A DNA stretch of 64,000 bases from positions 50,885 through 114,884 of IMG/VR virus record IMGVR_UViG_3300045988_079583. One strand, 5' to 3'. Positions within the stretch are counted from its first letter, which is position 1. The number at the start of each line of letters is the position of its first letter. A model generated the notes under the pieces. That model did not search any database, was not told the origin of the DNA, and saw only the letters and a list, made by a program, of their open reading frames with translations. The position numbers were made by a program, and so were the translations under genes. The DNA is from a virus. This document shows, piece by piece, positions 38,314-48,363 of this stretch.

Positions 38314-38387
38314 TATCCCGTGAAGGATTCGAACCTTCGACCCACAGCTTAGAAGGCTGTTGCTCTATCCAACTGAGCTAACGGGAC
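38314..38387 (-). tRNA. tRNA-Arg(UCU)
   Basis: anticodon stem ACAGC/GCTGT, loop CTTCTAA. Confidence 0.75.
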
Positions 38388-38439
38388 ATCGTGTTCGCTA
38401 TTATATACAGCGAACTACGTTCTCCTTAGTTAATAATTG

Positions 38440-39399
38440 TTAAATATGTTCTTCTGCTATTAATGCATTTCCGCATGTGATTCTGTCTGAATCTTCTTCC
38501 TTGGATGGGACAAATACTATTACATCCCAGCCTTCTTCCAATAATGGCTGTTCAAACATGCGGTAAACATTGTAGTCAGAATAACCAGTAACTTCAAACC
38601 CGTTCTCGATGGCCGATGCTGTCTCATGTATTGGAGTTATTTTAACAATGAATTTATCCTTGTCAAATAAACTTGTCAATTCCTTTGCATCGAGTATAGT
38701 TTGTGCGGTTACTGGAAAGTTTAAAGTATACTTTCTGCCCTTAGGCATAGGTAACTTGTCAGCAATTTTGGATATTGCAGATAATGAAAGACTCCTAGAG
38801 TCAAATAACTCTAGCCTCTGCTTATCACTTGTGGAGTTGATGGATAACTGAAGACCTGCTTCTCCTCCATACAAGTCATTCTTGATGCTACACCAAACAT
38901 GAAGAAAATTCTCCAGTTTTGTATTAGCTCTCGGAAGCATAGTAGATACTACTGGATGTACTGTGTCAGCTCGTAACCCGCATCTTCTTACTACTCCTTT
39001 AAGGGCTATTCCAAATGCTAACACGTCTTGGTTCCAAGTCGGTTCTCCCATTCTTGCAAAGTGTACATTAAATCTTTCGGTGTATCGTACACTTTCGTTC
39101 TCTATAATAGTTCGGATTTGTCTTTCCATGTCTTCAATAGAAGCATTTCCATAAAATCCGAACTTTGGGACGTCGCAGAATTTGCAGTTCATAGGGCAAC
39201 CTTTCTGAGTTGAGATTGTTGCAACCCACTTCTTACTTAGGTTAACCTCAGTATTAGCCACTCCGTTAATCTCCTTAGTTAAACCCAAGAAGTTTGCCTT
39301 GATATTGTTCTCTTTACCATAGTCTCCTACGGTTAAGAACTCTAATTTATGCTCAGTGTCAACATAAATCTTTCCTGTGTGAGTTAATATTGTTTTCAT
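38440..39399 (-). CDS. radical SAM domain protein
   Basis: CPMNCKFCD (CxxxCxxC) cluster motif and GEP-like SAM-binding region in 319-aa ORF. Confidence 0.55.
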   Translation of the reverse strand: MKTILTHTGKIYVDTEHKLEFLTVGDYGKENNIKANFLGLTKEINGVANTEVNLSKKWVATISTQKGCPMNCKFCDVPKFGFYGNASIEDMERQIRTIIENESVRYTERFNVHFARMGEPTWNQDVLAFGIALKGVVRRCGLRADTVHPVVSTMLPRANTKLENFLHVWCSIKNDLYGGEAGLQLSINSTSDKQRLELFDSRSLSLSAISKIADKLPMPKGRKYTLNFPVTAQTILDAKELTSLFDKDKFIVKITPIHETASAIENGFEVTGYSDYNVYRMFEQPLLEEGWDVIVFVPSKEEDSDRITCGNALIAEEHI

Positions 39400-39676
39400 T
39401 AATCCTCAATCATTTTCCACATGATAATTATTACTATAAATACTGCTATGTACATGGCACAATTCTCCAGTCTAATCTCCCTCTAGTTATACGAAATTTG
39501 TCAGCTTCTGACCAGCTTCGGAAAGGTCTAATAACCTTTCCATAGCCGTCCAATAGATAGTATTTCATAATCTACAAGTTCTCCATTTATGTGAATTGTA
39601 CACAACGCTATATCTCCAACAATTATCATAGTTTCCACCATGATTATATTATTGTTAATCTCTGTGGTTCTTCTTA

Positions 39677-39916
39677 CTATTGCCATAGTTCAAATACTGT
39701 TTTTGTGAGTGGGTAATTCCCTTGCCATTTTGTTGCATATCTAAATATGCTTGAATTGTCCATACGACGCCAAGTAGATCGGAATAGCGGGAACAAAATC
39801 GCCATAACGATGAGTGCAAACACCAGAACTACAAAGGTTAATCCTTTTAGTATAAATTCTAGTAACCATACAGGCAAAGTTATTGCCCATCTAACAACTG
39901 TTAACAACTCGTTCAT
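39677..39916 (-). CDS. hypothetical membrane protein
   Basis: 79-aa ORF. Confidence 0.35.
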   Translation of the reverse strand: MNELLTVVRWAITLPVWLLEFILKGLTFVVLVFALIVMAILFPLFRSTWRRMDNSSIFRYATKWQGNYPLTKTVFELWQ

Positions 39917-40149
39917 TTTTCTACAATTATTAAGGTGTTATGGATTTTCATTTCCTCTTCTGAAATCGGAATTAATTCTCCAAATACTCTTATGTACTTT
40001 TGTTTATTAACTACTAAAGATGTTGTAATCTCAGTAATAGTCTCGATATTGTCATTATGCCAATTCTCGATATACTGAGCATGGATTCTTCTAGATAACT
40101 CATAGTTATCAGAGGATGCTAATCTGTTAATCTTAAATCTCTTTCTCAT
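39913..40149 (-). CDS. hypothetical protein
   Basis: 78-aa ORF. Confidence 0.35.
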   Translation of the reverse strand: MRKRFKINRLASSDNYELSRRIHAQYIENWHNDNIETITEITTSLVVNKQKYIRVFGELIPISEEEMKIHNTLIIVEK

Positions 40150-40229
40150 GGTAAATTTTCTTAATGTTAATCCTGACTACCTATTTCTAGGTAGTTTCGT
40201 CTTAATTTTCAAAGACTCATCAGAGGATT

Positions 40230-41027
40230 TTATCTGAAGAAGGCTACTATAGTAACATCTTCCTCTTTGTTACAATACATGTTCCAGGCCTTATTGATTA
40301 CTTCAATCTTTTCTACATTCCTGCTGGTTGCAGCAATCATGTTTCTAGCCTGCTTGTACATCGGTTTCCCAGAAGATGCCAGCATTTCAAAGAATGTTGA
40401 AACTGTTTTAACTGGATGTTCTAGCGAAATGATTAATAGGGCTGATACGGCTCCTATAATAGATGCCCCACATATTCCTTTCAACCCATTCTTAACGGCA
40501 GTACTACCAATGTATGAGCAACAATCATATATAAGACGGTTGTCAAGGTAAATTGTCAGTAGATCTTCCGGAGTGTGTTTCTTCCTTAGTTTACTGTAAG
40601 ACCCTTCGTCCAATGACTTTAATTGGTCTTTTAGCAACATGTGCTTGCCAACAATTGCAGCCTTTACTAAGGAATCTGTTACTCCAGCTATGCCAAATAC
40701 ATCTCCCATAGACCTACTCTTACCTTGGTCTATTGTAGTCCATGTTTTTCTCGGCACACCTGTAATGAGAATAGTATCAAAGGGTGTGTTAGCTTTTATA
40801 CACGCTAACAGTCTGTGATGGCCGTCAGACACGTCTCCATTCTCATCTAGTATTATGGATTCTCCATTTAATTCCCACTTTCCAGATGCCATCAGGTTGG
40901 CGTATTCAGTTACCCTACTTCTATTAATAGTTCTATTACCTTTAGATTTCCCATAAAGTCTTTCTGCGTCTTCAGGGTAAATTCTAACCGTTTTACATTT
41001 GATTGCTGAGTTTGTTAAGTTTTCCAT
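40230..41027 (-). CDS. ParB/Srx-fold (ParB-like nuclease domain) protein
   Basis: DGHHRLLACI motif in N-terminal domain of 265-aa ORF. Confidence 0.45.
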   Translation of the reverse strand: MENLTNSAIKCKTVRIYPEDAERLYGKSKGNRTINRSRVTEYANLMASGKWELNGESIILDENGDVSDGHHRLLACIKANTPFDTILITGVPRKTWTTIDQGKSRSMGDVFGIAGVTDSLVKAAIVGKHMLLKDQLKSLDEGSYSKLRKKHTPEDLLTIYLDNRLIYDCCSYIGSTAVKNGLKGICGASIIGAVSALLIISLEHPVKTVSTFFEMLASSGKPMYKQARNMIAATSRNVEKIEVINKAWNMYCNKEEDVTIVAFFR

Positions 41028-41608
41028 AATCTAAATTTTTTTTGCATTTTACACCTAAAACTTATATTTATAGCATTATACGGCATCAATTGACAAAGGC
41101 TTTAAATCCTTTTCGTTCATCTTTGAACTAATCAATCGAATTTACGATATAGTTTTGCTTTTCAATAAGAAACTGGTGCCCTCAATGTCTTGGGAAGTTA
41201 TTGAGTTTTTTAAATGTCAGTCTTCCAAAGGACGATAGTGTAAATACTTCTCCCATCTGACCGTGTAGTGATACTTAGTAGGCAAACACTAAGCGGAACT
41301 ACCTTGAACCTACTAGATCTCTCCTTTTTAGTTACCACATGCTTCAGCGTTCAATCTTCATGTGCAATCTTAAATTTGCCAATCTTTATAGCGTTGGCGT
41401 TATTTGCATTCTCTAATAGATATTATATTAGTCTTTGCAATAGTACATAAGGGTTTACCATTAGAATTAAGTGGCTGTATGAACCGCTCATCTTCATGGT
41501 ACTCATTACAGTATACATAGTCTTTACCGTAACGATAGTTAAATTCAATCTTATATTTCATATGCTAATTAAATGATGAAACTATTAGAGCTATCATTAC
41601 GATAGTTC

Positions 41609-42100
41609 CTACTCGTTTATCAGAGAGTTGCTAAAAATGCAGAGCAGGCAGTCAATTAGTTCTCCGAAACCTATTCCCTGATGATCGTTCTTCAGTTCGT
41701 CTGGAATCCAGTACAAAGCCTTTATCAGTTGCTGTATTTGAAGAGCATCGAAAGTTATGTCCCCGGCACTCTCTGCTTCTTCCAATATCTCTATGAAAGC
41801 CTCCATAGCAAAACAGCTAGCGTGAGAAAAGTGGTGAATGTTTCCATTCTTCTTCTTAAACAAAACGCCACGTTCGTCCGAGCCTATCACTCTGTCCTTG
41901 TTGCGGAACAACATTTCCATACAGGCATCGATTCTCATTCGTAATGCTTTGATGCACACCTCTCGCCATGCCATAACTACTTCATGCGGGCTGTAGCACT
42001 TGGCCTGCGACGTTGGATCTTCAACTGCTTTGAAAGGAATAGTAAACGACATTACGAATTCTGCGCGCTTGTTTACATGATCTAATGCTAATGTATTCAT
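41609..42100 (-). CDS. hypothetical protein
   Basis: 163-aa ORF. Confidence 0.4.
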   Translation of the reverse strand: MNTLALDHVNKRAEFVMSFTIPFKAVEDPTSQAKCYSPHEVVMAWREVCIKALRMRIDACMEMLFRNKDRVIGSDERGVLFKKKNGNIHHFSHASCFAMEAFIEILEEAESAGDITFDALQIQQLIKALYWIPDELKNDHQGIGFGELIDCLLCIFSNSLINE

Positions 42101-42269
42101 ATTATAAAAGTTTATAAGTTACTAAAAAAGTGCTGGTTTCTGTTTCACTTCTAAGCCAGCAAAGGACGAAGGGAGATGGGCTTACCATTCCAATTCTCTT
42201 TTTACATTCTCAACCTTATAAAGAGTAATTAGGTTAGCTAGTTTTAATTCACCAAGCTTGGAATTGTTG

Positions 42270-42494
42270 CTACTCGAGCAAGGAGTTCATCCCAGCAGTA
42301 TAAGCTCCCCATATTTCTTTGTAGATATTGCTACTTGAATCTGGGTCTTCTTCTAACATTTTAGCTAGTAATTCTCTCATTGCTTTTGTGAACTTTTCAA
42401 TACGTTTCAGTCTTTCTTCCATGGTAATTTTTCTTTTAATTGTTTTTGAACTATTAGTTTCAGCTTTAGTAAGCTTACTTATCTCCCAAACCAC
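42270..42494 (-). CDS. hypothetical protein
   Basis: 74-aa ORF. Confidence 0.35.
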   Translation of the reverse strand: MVWEISKLTKAETNSSKTIKRKITMEERLKRIEKFTKAMRELLAKMLEEDPDSSSNIYKEIWGAYTAGMNSLLE

Positions 42495-42782
42495 GTAACG
42501 GTTGTTCTTATCTTGGGAGTAGGAGACCTAAGTCTCCCAGTATGCACAATTGTTTCTCAACAACCTGCACCACTATGTACGATAAAAGAAGATGAATTAT
42601 CCTGTGCCTACAATCATTTAAGATTGTCTTCGATTGTTAGTACAATCTCACAATACTTTGCCTTATCTCACGATAAGACACCTCTATTCATAAGAGATGC
42701 TCTGCATTAGTCTCAGGGCGTACCCATTATAATCTTTAACTGCAACAGAGTCTACAAGTAGTTGTAGTCCTCAAATACCAAG

Positions 42783-42853
42783 TTCCCCATTCTGGACTCG
42801 AACCAGAATCTCCTTCTTTAGAGGAAGGCGCAATAGCATTATACTAATGGGGA
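42783..42853 (-). tRNA. amber suppressor tRNA, anticodon CUA, tRNA-Gln-like (copy 1)
   Basis: acceptor TCCCCAT/ATGGGGA (U1-A72), anticodon stem CCTTC/GAAGG, loop CTCTAAA (anticodon CUA reads UAG), 4-nt variable loop, T arm TCTGG-TTCGAGT-CCAGA. Confidence 0.65.
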
Positions 42854-43575
42854 AATCCTATCTTGACAACTAGTATAAGATAGGAGATTATTTAGTATGT
42901 TTTCCAGACATACAACGTTATCAACGTTCACTAAATTCTGAGGTAGCTAATCTCAAAACTTGCGAATAGATTCGAGATGGAAAATGACGCCTTATGAGCG
43001 TCTCTCTTACTATCTAGCCTATATCTATCTGATGGCTTACTTCAGGCAACTTCCAATATTGCATACGAATACTTATAGGTGATATACTTTGGTCTACCAG
43101 CATATCAGTGGTACTTTGTAATATTGCCATAAGTGACCATTCATATGGCTCAATCCTCTTGTAATAGTGTTCAAGTTTGCGAATATACACATTACAATCG
43201 TAGCAGTTATTTTCGGATATTGGGTTCTTCTGCGTAACCCGCTTTTTGTTACCTTTTTATAGGCAAATGTTAGAGTAAATAATCATTGTAGTATGTGTTA
43301 TAAAACTCATCCTACTGGCGATTTTTTGAGAACTGGAGAAAGTCGGAAAATCGGCTGTCTTTTGCGTGGACAATTTCTCTCAGCCCTTACCATATTTTCA
43401 CGTGCAACAATAGTCCCAATCTACATTAGAACCACATTACTTAATATAATACTAAAATAAAATAACTACGACGAATTGATTTTGAAGTTTTTGTTTTGTT
43501 TTGTTGTTTTCTCCGTTAACCAATGGTCCGATGATGGAGTTCATGTGGGTATCTTATTTTGAAACCCATAATACC

Positions 43576-43776
43576 TTAGGGTTCATCTATAAAGACTATT
43601 CTTACTATCTTCGGAATATCTTCTTCTGACTTTTGATAAGTCATAATCCAAGCCCAAGAAGTTTTGCAATAAACTCTATCGGCTTTGAAATTTAACTTTT
43701 CATCTGTCTCTGGGTCATAGATGGCTCCCCAGTGATACAAACATTTTTTAGTCTTGAACTTTTCTCTTGTGTTCAT
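43576..43776 (-). CDS. hypothetical protein
   Basis: 66-aa ORF. Confidence 0.35.
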   Translation of the reverse strand: MNTREKFKTKKCLYHWGAIYDPETDEKLNFKADRVYCKTSWAWIMTYQKSEEDIPKIVRIVFIDEP

Positions 43777-43827
43777 AACTACAAAGACTATTTGTATTTA
43801 AAAGAAAGGGGATTTCTCCCCAATCTT

Positions 43828-44322
43828 TTACTCGTAATCCTCAACCTCAAGTTTGTAAGTTTTCTTTACGTAAGCCGGAGTTGTATCCGACTTCGGAATG
43901 TCCTCTGTGCTGATACTTTTGATTGAAAATACTACTTTGTGGTCTATACACCAAACAAGGAAATTTGCATTTTCCAACGGTGTACTACCAACAGCCGGAG
44001 CGTTTTCGTCGATTTCCACACCTGCAAAGTGTTTTGCGCCGATAGATGCACCGTTATCAGTTGTGAAAGTAATAGGAATAAAACGGGCTTGCCCTTCTCT
44101 TTGTTGGGTCTGTGTGGTTAGTTCTACTTTGTTCATAGCGGCAAGGGAGAACTTGTCCCCCTTTTTCAAGCCAATCACAACCGAACGTTCATCACCATTT
44201 AAGCCTAAGTCTTTTACTACGCTTTTCGCGCGTTCTTCTATACTCACATTCTGATTTTTCAATTCTTCTAAGTTCATAACTGTAAATTTTAAAGGTTTAT
44301 ACTTGTTTTTTGTTTTTAACAC
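43828..44322 (-). CDS. hypothetical protein
   Basis: 164-aa ORF; first sizeable gene of the leftward block. Confidence 0.45.
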   Translation of the reverse strand: MLKTKNKYKPLKFTVMNLEELKNQNVSIEERAKSVVKDLGLNGDERSVVIGLKKGDKFSLAAMNKVELTTQTQQREGQARFIPITFTTDNGASIGAKHFAGVEIDENAPAVGSTPLENANFLVWCIDHKVVFSIKSISTEDIPKSDTTPAYVKKTYKLEVEDYE

Positions 44323-44424
44323 ACTAAAGCTGAATTATCGTAAAAGTCGTAATAACTTACTTCTCTTAAAACTTCTGCCAATGTGTAATCATACTCGTTT
44401 AATAAATCTTTTTCGTACATAGTT

Positions 44425-44699
44425 ATTTTATTTTTAGTTTTATATCAATATACAGGGGGGGACTAAGGGGGTTGTGGACCGTAACTACACTCACTCTTAT
44501 AATTTTCGGAATATAGGTCAGTACCTTCTCTATAAAAATCCGGACTTTATTTTAACCCCAGGGGGCTATTTATATAAAGTACCGGTACTTGTTTGCCAGT
44601 AACTAAATGAAATATGTATAATATTGGAATTAGAATTTTTTAACTTTGCGTTTAACTTTTGAGAGCTTATTGTTGTATATAACTAAAAAGAAAACAATT
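44425..44699. promoter_or_regulatory. divergent intergenic region between leftward and rightward gene blocks
   Basis: 275 nt without ORFs between first minus-strand gene (ends 44421) and first plus-strand gene (44700); contains G-runs CAGGGGGGGACTAAGGGGG and CCCCAGGGGG and AT-rich stretches. Confidence 0.35.
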
Positions 44700-45107
44700 A
44701 TGATTACAGACTTAGAAACTTTGTTAAATTAGGATGAGTTTAAAGAACTCGTTAAAGCAATTAATTAGAATCAAGAGTTTTATTGTTCAAAAAAAGGACT
44801 CACCATTAAATCAGAGTCTACTGATGATTCTCTATTCTTATTAATATCCTATGATAGATAGGAAGAAGAAAGTTGTTTAGCGAACAAGGAAGCAGATACA
44901 TTCCAAAAATATCTAGAATCTTTAGATGATGATTTATTTGTAGGAGTATGTGAATATTTGGGAGAAGATAATATTCATAGAATACAAGCATGTTTAGAGA
45001 GTGGTAAACTAGAAACAGTAAGAAGTGGGATTGCTAAGTTTAGAGAAGCTCTATCAAAATTAGTTAATCAACAAATTGAATATTTAAAATCATTGCTAAA
45101 TGTATGA
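44700..45107 (+). CDS. hypothetical protein with 3 in-frame TAG codons
   Basis: hand translation MITDLETLLN(TAG)DEFKELVKAIN(TAG)NQEF...LKSLLNV-TGA. Confidence 0.4.
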
Positions 45108-45240
45108 ACAAATAGCTCAAATAAGAATACTTCTTGCTAACTTGAATACTACTATGCAAGCATTATTCCAAGAAAATGAATAGCTAAAGAAAGAACTAGA
45201 GAGACTAACAGAAGAAAACAAATCTCTAAAGGAGAAATAA
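45100..45240 (+). CDS. small coiled-coil peptide with 1 in-frame TAG
   Basis: MYEQIAQIRILLANLNTTMQALFQENE(TAG)LKKELERLTEENKSLKEK-TAA; overlaps previous gene (ATGTATGA). Confidence 0.35.
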
Positions 45241-45244
45241 ATAC

Positions 45245-45316
45245 TGCCCTATGGTGTAATGGTCAGCACAGATGACTCTAAATCATTTAGTCTGGGTTCG
45301 AATCCTAGTAGGGCAA
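45245..45316 (+). tRNA. amber suppressor tRNA, anticodon CUA, tRNA-Gln-like (copy 2)
   Basis: TGCCCTA-TG-GTGT-AATGGTCA-GCAC-A-GATGA-CTCTAAA-TCATT-TAGT-CTGGG-TTCGAAT-CCTAG-TAGGGCA-A; U1-A72 and D region nearly identical to tRNA-Gln(UUG) at 30391-30462. Confidence 0.75.
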
Positions 45317-45333
45317 CTCCAAAATTAATAGCT

Positions 45334-45561
45334 ATGATAAAATTAAATGAGAATTATGCAGTAACTCCAACTGGAGCTAAAACCCTCATTATTGAAGAGG
45401 GAGATGATTGGAATAAAGTTTGTGATAAGGTAGTTGGATGTAGGTTCGATTACATATTTATACCTCAAGAATTTGAGAATCAAGCCTGCTACTTTCTTCC
45501 ACAAATAACAGTTCAAGGAAAGCAGATAGGTAAAATATGTACTTATAAAGTAGTAAAATGA
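45334..45561 (+). CDS. hypothetical protein
   Basis: ATG at 45334 downstream of tRNA; track ORF 45259-45561 overlaps tRNA in its first part. Confidence 0.45.
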   Translation: MIKLNENYAVTPTGAKTLIIEEGDDWNKVCDKVVGCRFDYIFIPQEFENQACYFLPQITVQGKQIGKICTYKVVK

Positions 45562-45872
45562 AGCAATGCGCAGTTGTATTGAATGGTAATGATGTTATCA
45601 AGGTTTCCAACTTAAAAAGGAAATATGATAAAATAAAGAATAACCCTAATATGAAAATATTAGAGGAATGTGATATGGATATGTTAGATGAAAAATACAG
45701 CTACTGGAATAGAACTTTAAATAGAAATCCAGAAGAAGAGAAAAAAGAGGAGTCTAAATTACACCACTTTAGAAATCCCAAAACAGGGTGGTTAATAACT
45801 AGCATCTATCCAGACTTGGAAGATTGTAAGAATTATATAAAAGACTGGAGGGATTATGAAAGAATTGATTGA
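45558..45872 (+). CDS. hypothetical protein
   Basis: 104-aa ORF. Confidence 0.45.
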   Translation: MKQCAVVLNGNDVIKVSNLKRKYDKIKNNPNMKILEECDMDMLDEKYSYWNRTLNRNPEEEKKEESKLHHFRNPKTGWLITSIYPDLEDCKNYIKDWRDYERID

Positions 45873-46035
45873 GAGGTATCACGAACTTACTAATCCGAAG
45901 GTAGAATCTTTAGCAAGGGTTACATTAGTACTTATTGAAACCATTATTGAAGATATTGAAGAGAACGGAAGACAGAATGAACAATGGTTTCTGGATTACT
46001 TAGATAGACTAAATGAACTAAGTGTAACGCATTAA
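45856..46035 (+). CDS. hypothetical protein (59 aa)
   Basis: hand-found ORF MKELIERYHELTNPK... filling gap. Confidence 0.3.
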   Translation: MKELIERYHELTNPKVESLARVTLVLIETIIEDIEENGRQNEQWFLDYLDRLNELSVTH

Positions 46036-46037
46036 AT

Positions 46038-46277
46038 ATGTGGGATAGGGAATTTAAGTTTGAAGTCCTAATTAATGGACAATTATTAAATATGGTAAAG
46101 GCTAGTTATTTGGAAAGCATTTTAAAAAGCCTTCCGGAAAATAAATCCTTACTAATTGATATATGGAATGTAGTTGATAACTCCGTTAGAAATATAATCA
46201 AGAACGGACTATATAAAGATACCACAGTAGAAAAAGCTATAATTGATAATACATTTAAAGGATATGATAGACTTTAA
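46038..46277 (+). CDS. hypothetical protein
   Basis: 79-aa ORF. Confidence 0.4.
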   Translation: MWDREFKFEVLINGQLLNMVKASYLESILKSLPENKSLLIDIWNVVDNSVRNIIKNGLYKDTTVEKAIIDNTFKGYDRL

Positions 46278-46470
46278 AAAGACATTAACAAATTTACATG
46301 ATGAATTTCCAGAATTTGATTTGGATACATTATTCAAAATACTAGATGCTATAGTAGAAACTTATACTCCTACAATAAATATTCCAAGTAATATTAGACA
46401 ACCATCGGATAAACCTTGGTGGAATGATATAAATAGAATCACTTGTACTTATAATGCGAAAGTTAAATAA
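46243..46470 (+). CDS. hypothetical protein
   Basis: 75-aa ORF. Confidence 0.4.
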   Translation: MIIHLKDMIDFKKTLTNLHDEFPEFDLDTLFKILDAIVETYTPTINIPSNIRQPSDKPWWNDINRITCTYNAKVK

Positions 46471-46507
46471 AAATAGGCGAACCTAATCTCTAGGCTCGCC
46501 TATTTTG

Positions 46508-46699
46508 TTATATGATATAATACCAATCAGTTCTCTCCATAACTCCTTTTTCTCGGAGCTATTTATTATCCAAATGATAATCCCCATTTCTAAAGTTCAA
46601 TTCCTATTTATTATAATCCCAATAAAAATATCCCTTCCAGCCTGGAAGTAGTAGAGTACGACCAGTAGCTGCATGTAAAGTTGCTTTGTTATAGTCCAT
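46508..46699 (-). CDS. hypothetical protein with 2 in-frame TAG (63 aa)
   Basis: hand translation MDYNKATLHAATGRTLLLPGWKGYFYWDYNK(TAG)... Confidence 0.25.
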
Positions 46700-46774
46700 G
46701 TTACTTTTTAAATATAAATAGTAAATACAGATATATTCTCAATACAATCTCTTTAATGCACTTAATAATGTTTT

Positions 46775-47116
46775 TCATCGTTTCTTAGTTTTAATAAATC
46801 CATAATTTCCTTTCTTTAATCTAGTAGTAGGAATCCATCCATTATCTAATATAGACCTATGCCCTCCTGGTTTATGTATCTTAGCTCCGTCTTCGTGTTT
46901 CCATTTAGAAGCATTTCTAGCAAAATTAGCTCGCTTCTTCTAAAGAGGAGTAGCTTTAGGATTATTTAATACCTTTGTAGCGTGCTCTTGCACTGATTCT
47001 CCTGCAGCTTTAGCCGAGGCTGTAAATTTGCCTCTGTTCTCTTTCTTAATATGAATGCCTGATCCATTCTTGAAAATAGGACATCCAAATGTTGTAATTT
47101 TTCTACTGTTAGACAT
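46775..47116 (-). CDS. hypothetical basic protein with 1 in-frame TAG (113 aa)
   Basis: hand translation MSNSRKITTFGCPIFKNGSGIHIKKENRGKF...PL(TAG)KKRANFARNASKW...TKKR-TGA. Confidence 0.35.
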
Positions 47117-47230
47117 TTTTAATATAATGTATTATTTATTGATTTGTGTCTTACAAAGAATATTAATATACTTGAAAAGTATCAAATAAATATAGATAAA
47201 TGTGATAAATGATTAAATGAATTATGACTA

Positions 47231-48145
47231 ATGGACAAAAGTAAAATTACAAAACAAAATGGGAACATAGCTTTCGAGGAGGAGGCTCATATTTATTATG
47301 ATGTTACAGAGCCTGAACAGAAATTTATATCTGTGACGACTTTAATACATTCTTTCACCCAACCCTTTGACAAAGAGTTCTGGTCAGCCTATAAAGCATT
47401 AGAGAAACTTCTGTCTAAAGAAGATTGGGCTATTGAGAAAAAGTCATTACTGAATACTAAGAAATTTGACAAAGTTCTACTTGAGCTTCATAACATTACA
47501 GAAGACGAGTTTAATAAGGAACAACAAGCTATCTTAGATGCATGGGATTTAGAGAATAGGAACTCTTGCGAAAGAGGAACTAAGATTCATGCAGATTTAG
47601 AAAACTCTTTTTACAAAAAGAAAAAGAACATAGACCTTAGTAAATATCAAATAGGTGGTAAGTTTGAGTGTGTAAAAGACCATAATGAATTAGATTTAGA
47701 GAATGGGGTATATCCTGAGTATTTAATATCTAGAGTATCAGAAGATGGGAAACTTAGAATAGCTGGACAAATCGACTTGCTAGTTAAAAGAGGTAACAAG
47801 ATAATTATAGGAGACTGGAAAACCAATAAGAAGATAGAAACTAAGAGTTTCTTTAATTCTAAAACTAAATCATCAGTTAAGATGAAATATCCTCTAAATA
47901 ATTTAGATGATGTTAATTATTGGCATTATGCACTTCAATTAAGTACTTACGCCTGGATGATACAAAAAAAGAATCCGGAGTTTGAGATTGAAGATTTAGT
48001 ATTGGTTCACTTTGATCATAGTGATAATATGACAGTATATCATCTACCTTACCTAAAAGATGAAGTAATTAGAATGCTGTTGTTTTATAAAAAAGAATCT
48101 GTACTAGCTGAAAACAAAAGAAAACGTCAACGTATTGAATATTAA
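47231..48145 (+). CDS. PD-(D/E)xK family nuclease (RecB/Cas4/lambda-exonuclease-like)
   Basis: GQIDLLVKRGNKIIIGDWK (D...D/ExK) and YALQLSTYAWM (QxxxY) motifs. Confidence 0.55.
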   Translation: MDKSKITKQNGNIAFEEEAHIYYDVTEPEQKFISVTTLIHSFTQPFDKEFWSAYKALEKLLSKEDWAIEKKSLLNTKKFDKVLLELHNITEDEFNKEQQAILDAWDLENRNSCERGTKIHADLENSFYKKKKNIDLSKYQIGGKFECVKDHNELDLENGVYPEYLISRVSEDGKLRIAGQIDLLVKRGNKIIIGDWKTNKKIETKSFFNSKTKSSVKMKYPLNNLDDVNYWHYALQLSTYAWMIQKKNPEFEIEDLVLVHFDHSDNMTVYHLPYLKDEVIRMLLFYKKESVLAENKRKRQRIEY

Positions 48146-48147
48146 TT

Positions 48148-48363
48148 ATGACATTAGAAGAAATTGAAGAACGGTGGAAAATATGTAGACGATGTCCTAT
48201 ATGCGACCAAGATAATGGATTATGTAATGGAAATTTATATCTAAATCCAAAAAATAATGATATAAGTATAGGACCAAAAGAAGGTTATATAAAAGGATGC
48301 GGATGTCTACTAGAGAAGAAGATTCCAAACGAGAAAAAACATTGTCCTGCAGGGAAATGGTAA
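48148..48363 (+). CDS. small Cys-rich (zinc-ribbon-like) protein
   Basis: CRRCPICDQDNGLC...GCGCLLEKKIPNEKKHCPAGKW. Confidence 0.4.
   Translation: MTLEEIEERWKICRRCPICDQDNGLCNGNLYLNPKNNDISIGPKEGYIKGCGCLLEKKIPNEKKHCPAGKW

Noticed and set aside
1042-42710. Plus-strand ORFs of 60-230 aa overlapping the minus-strand gene block (e.g. 1042-1275, 31884-32579, 15108-15521)
   Set aside because: They are antisense to well-supported minus-strand genes, low-complexity (Ser/Leu/Phe-rich from AT-rich antisense), and break the co-directional operon structure.
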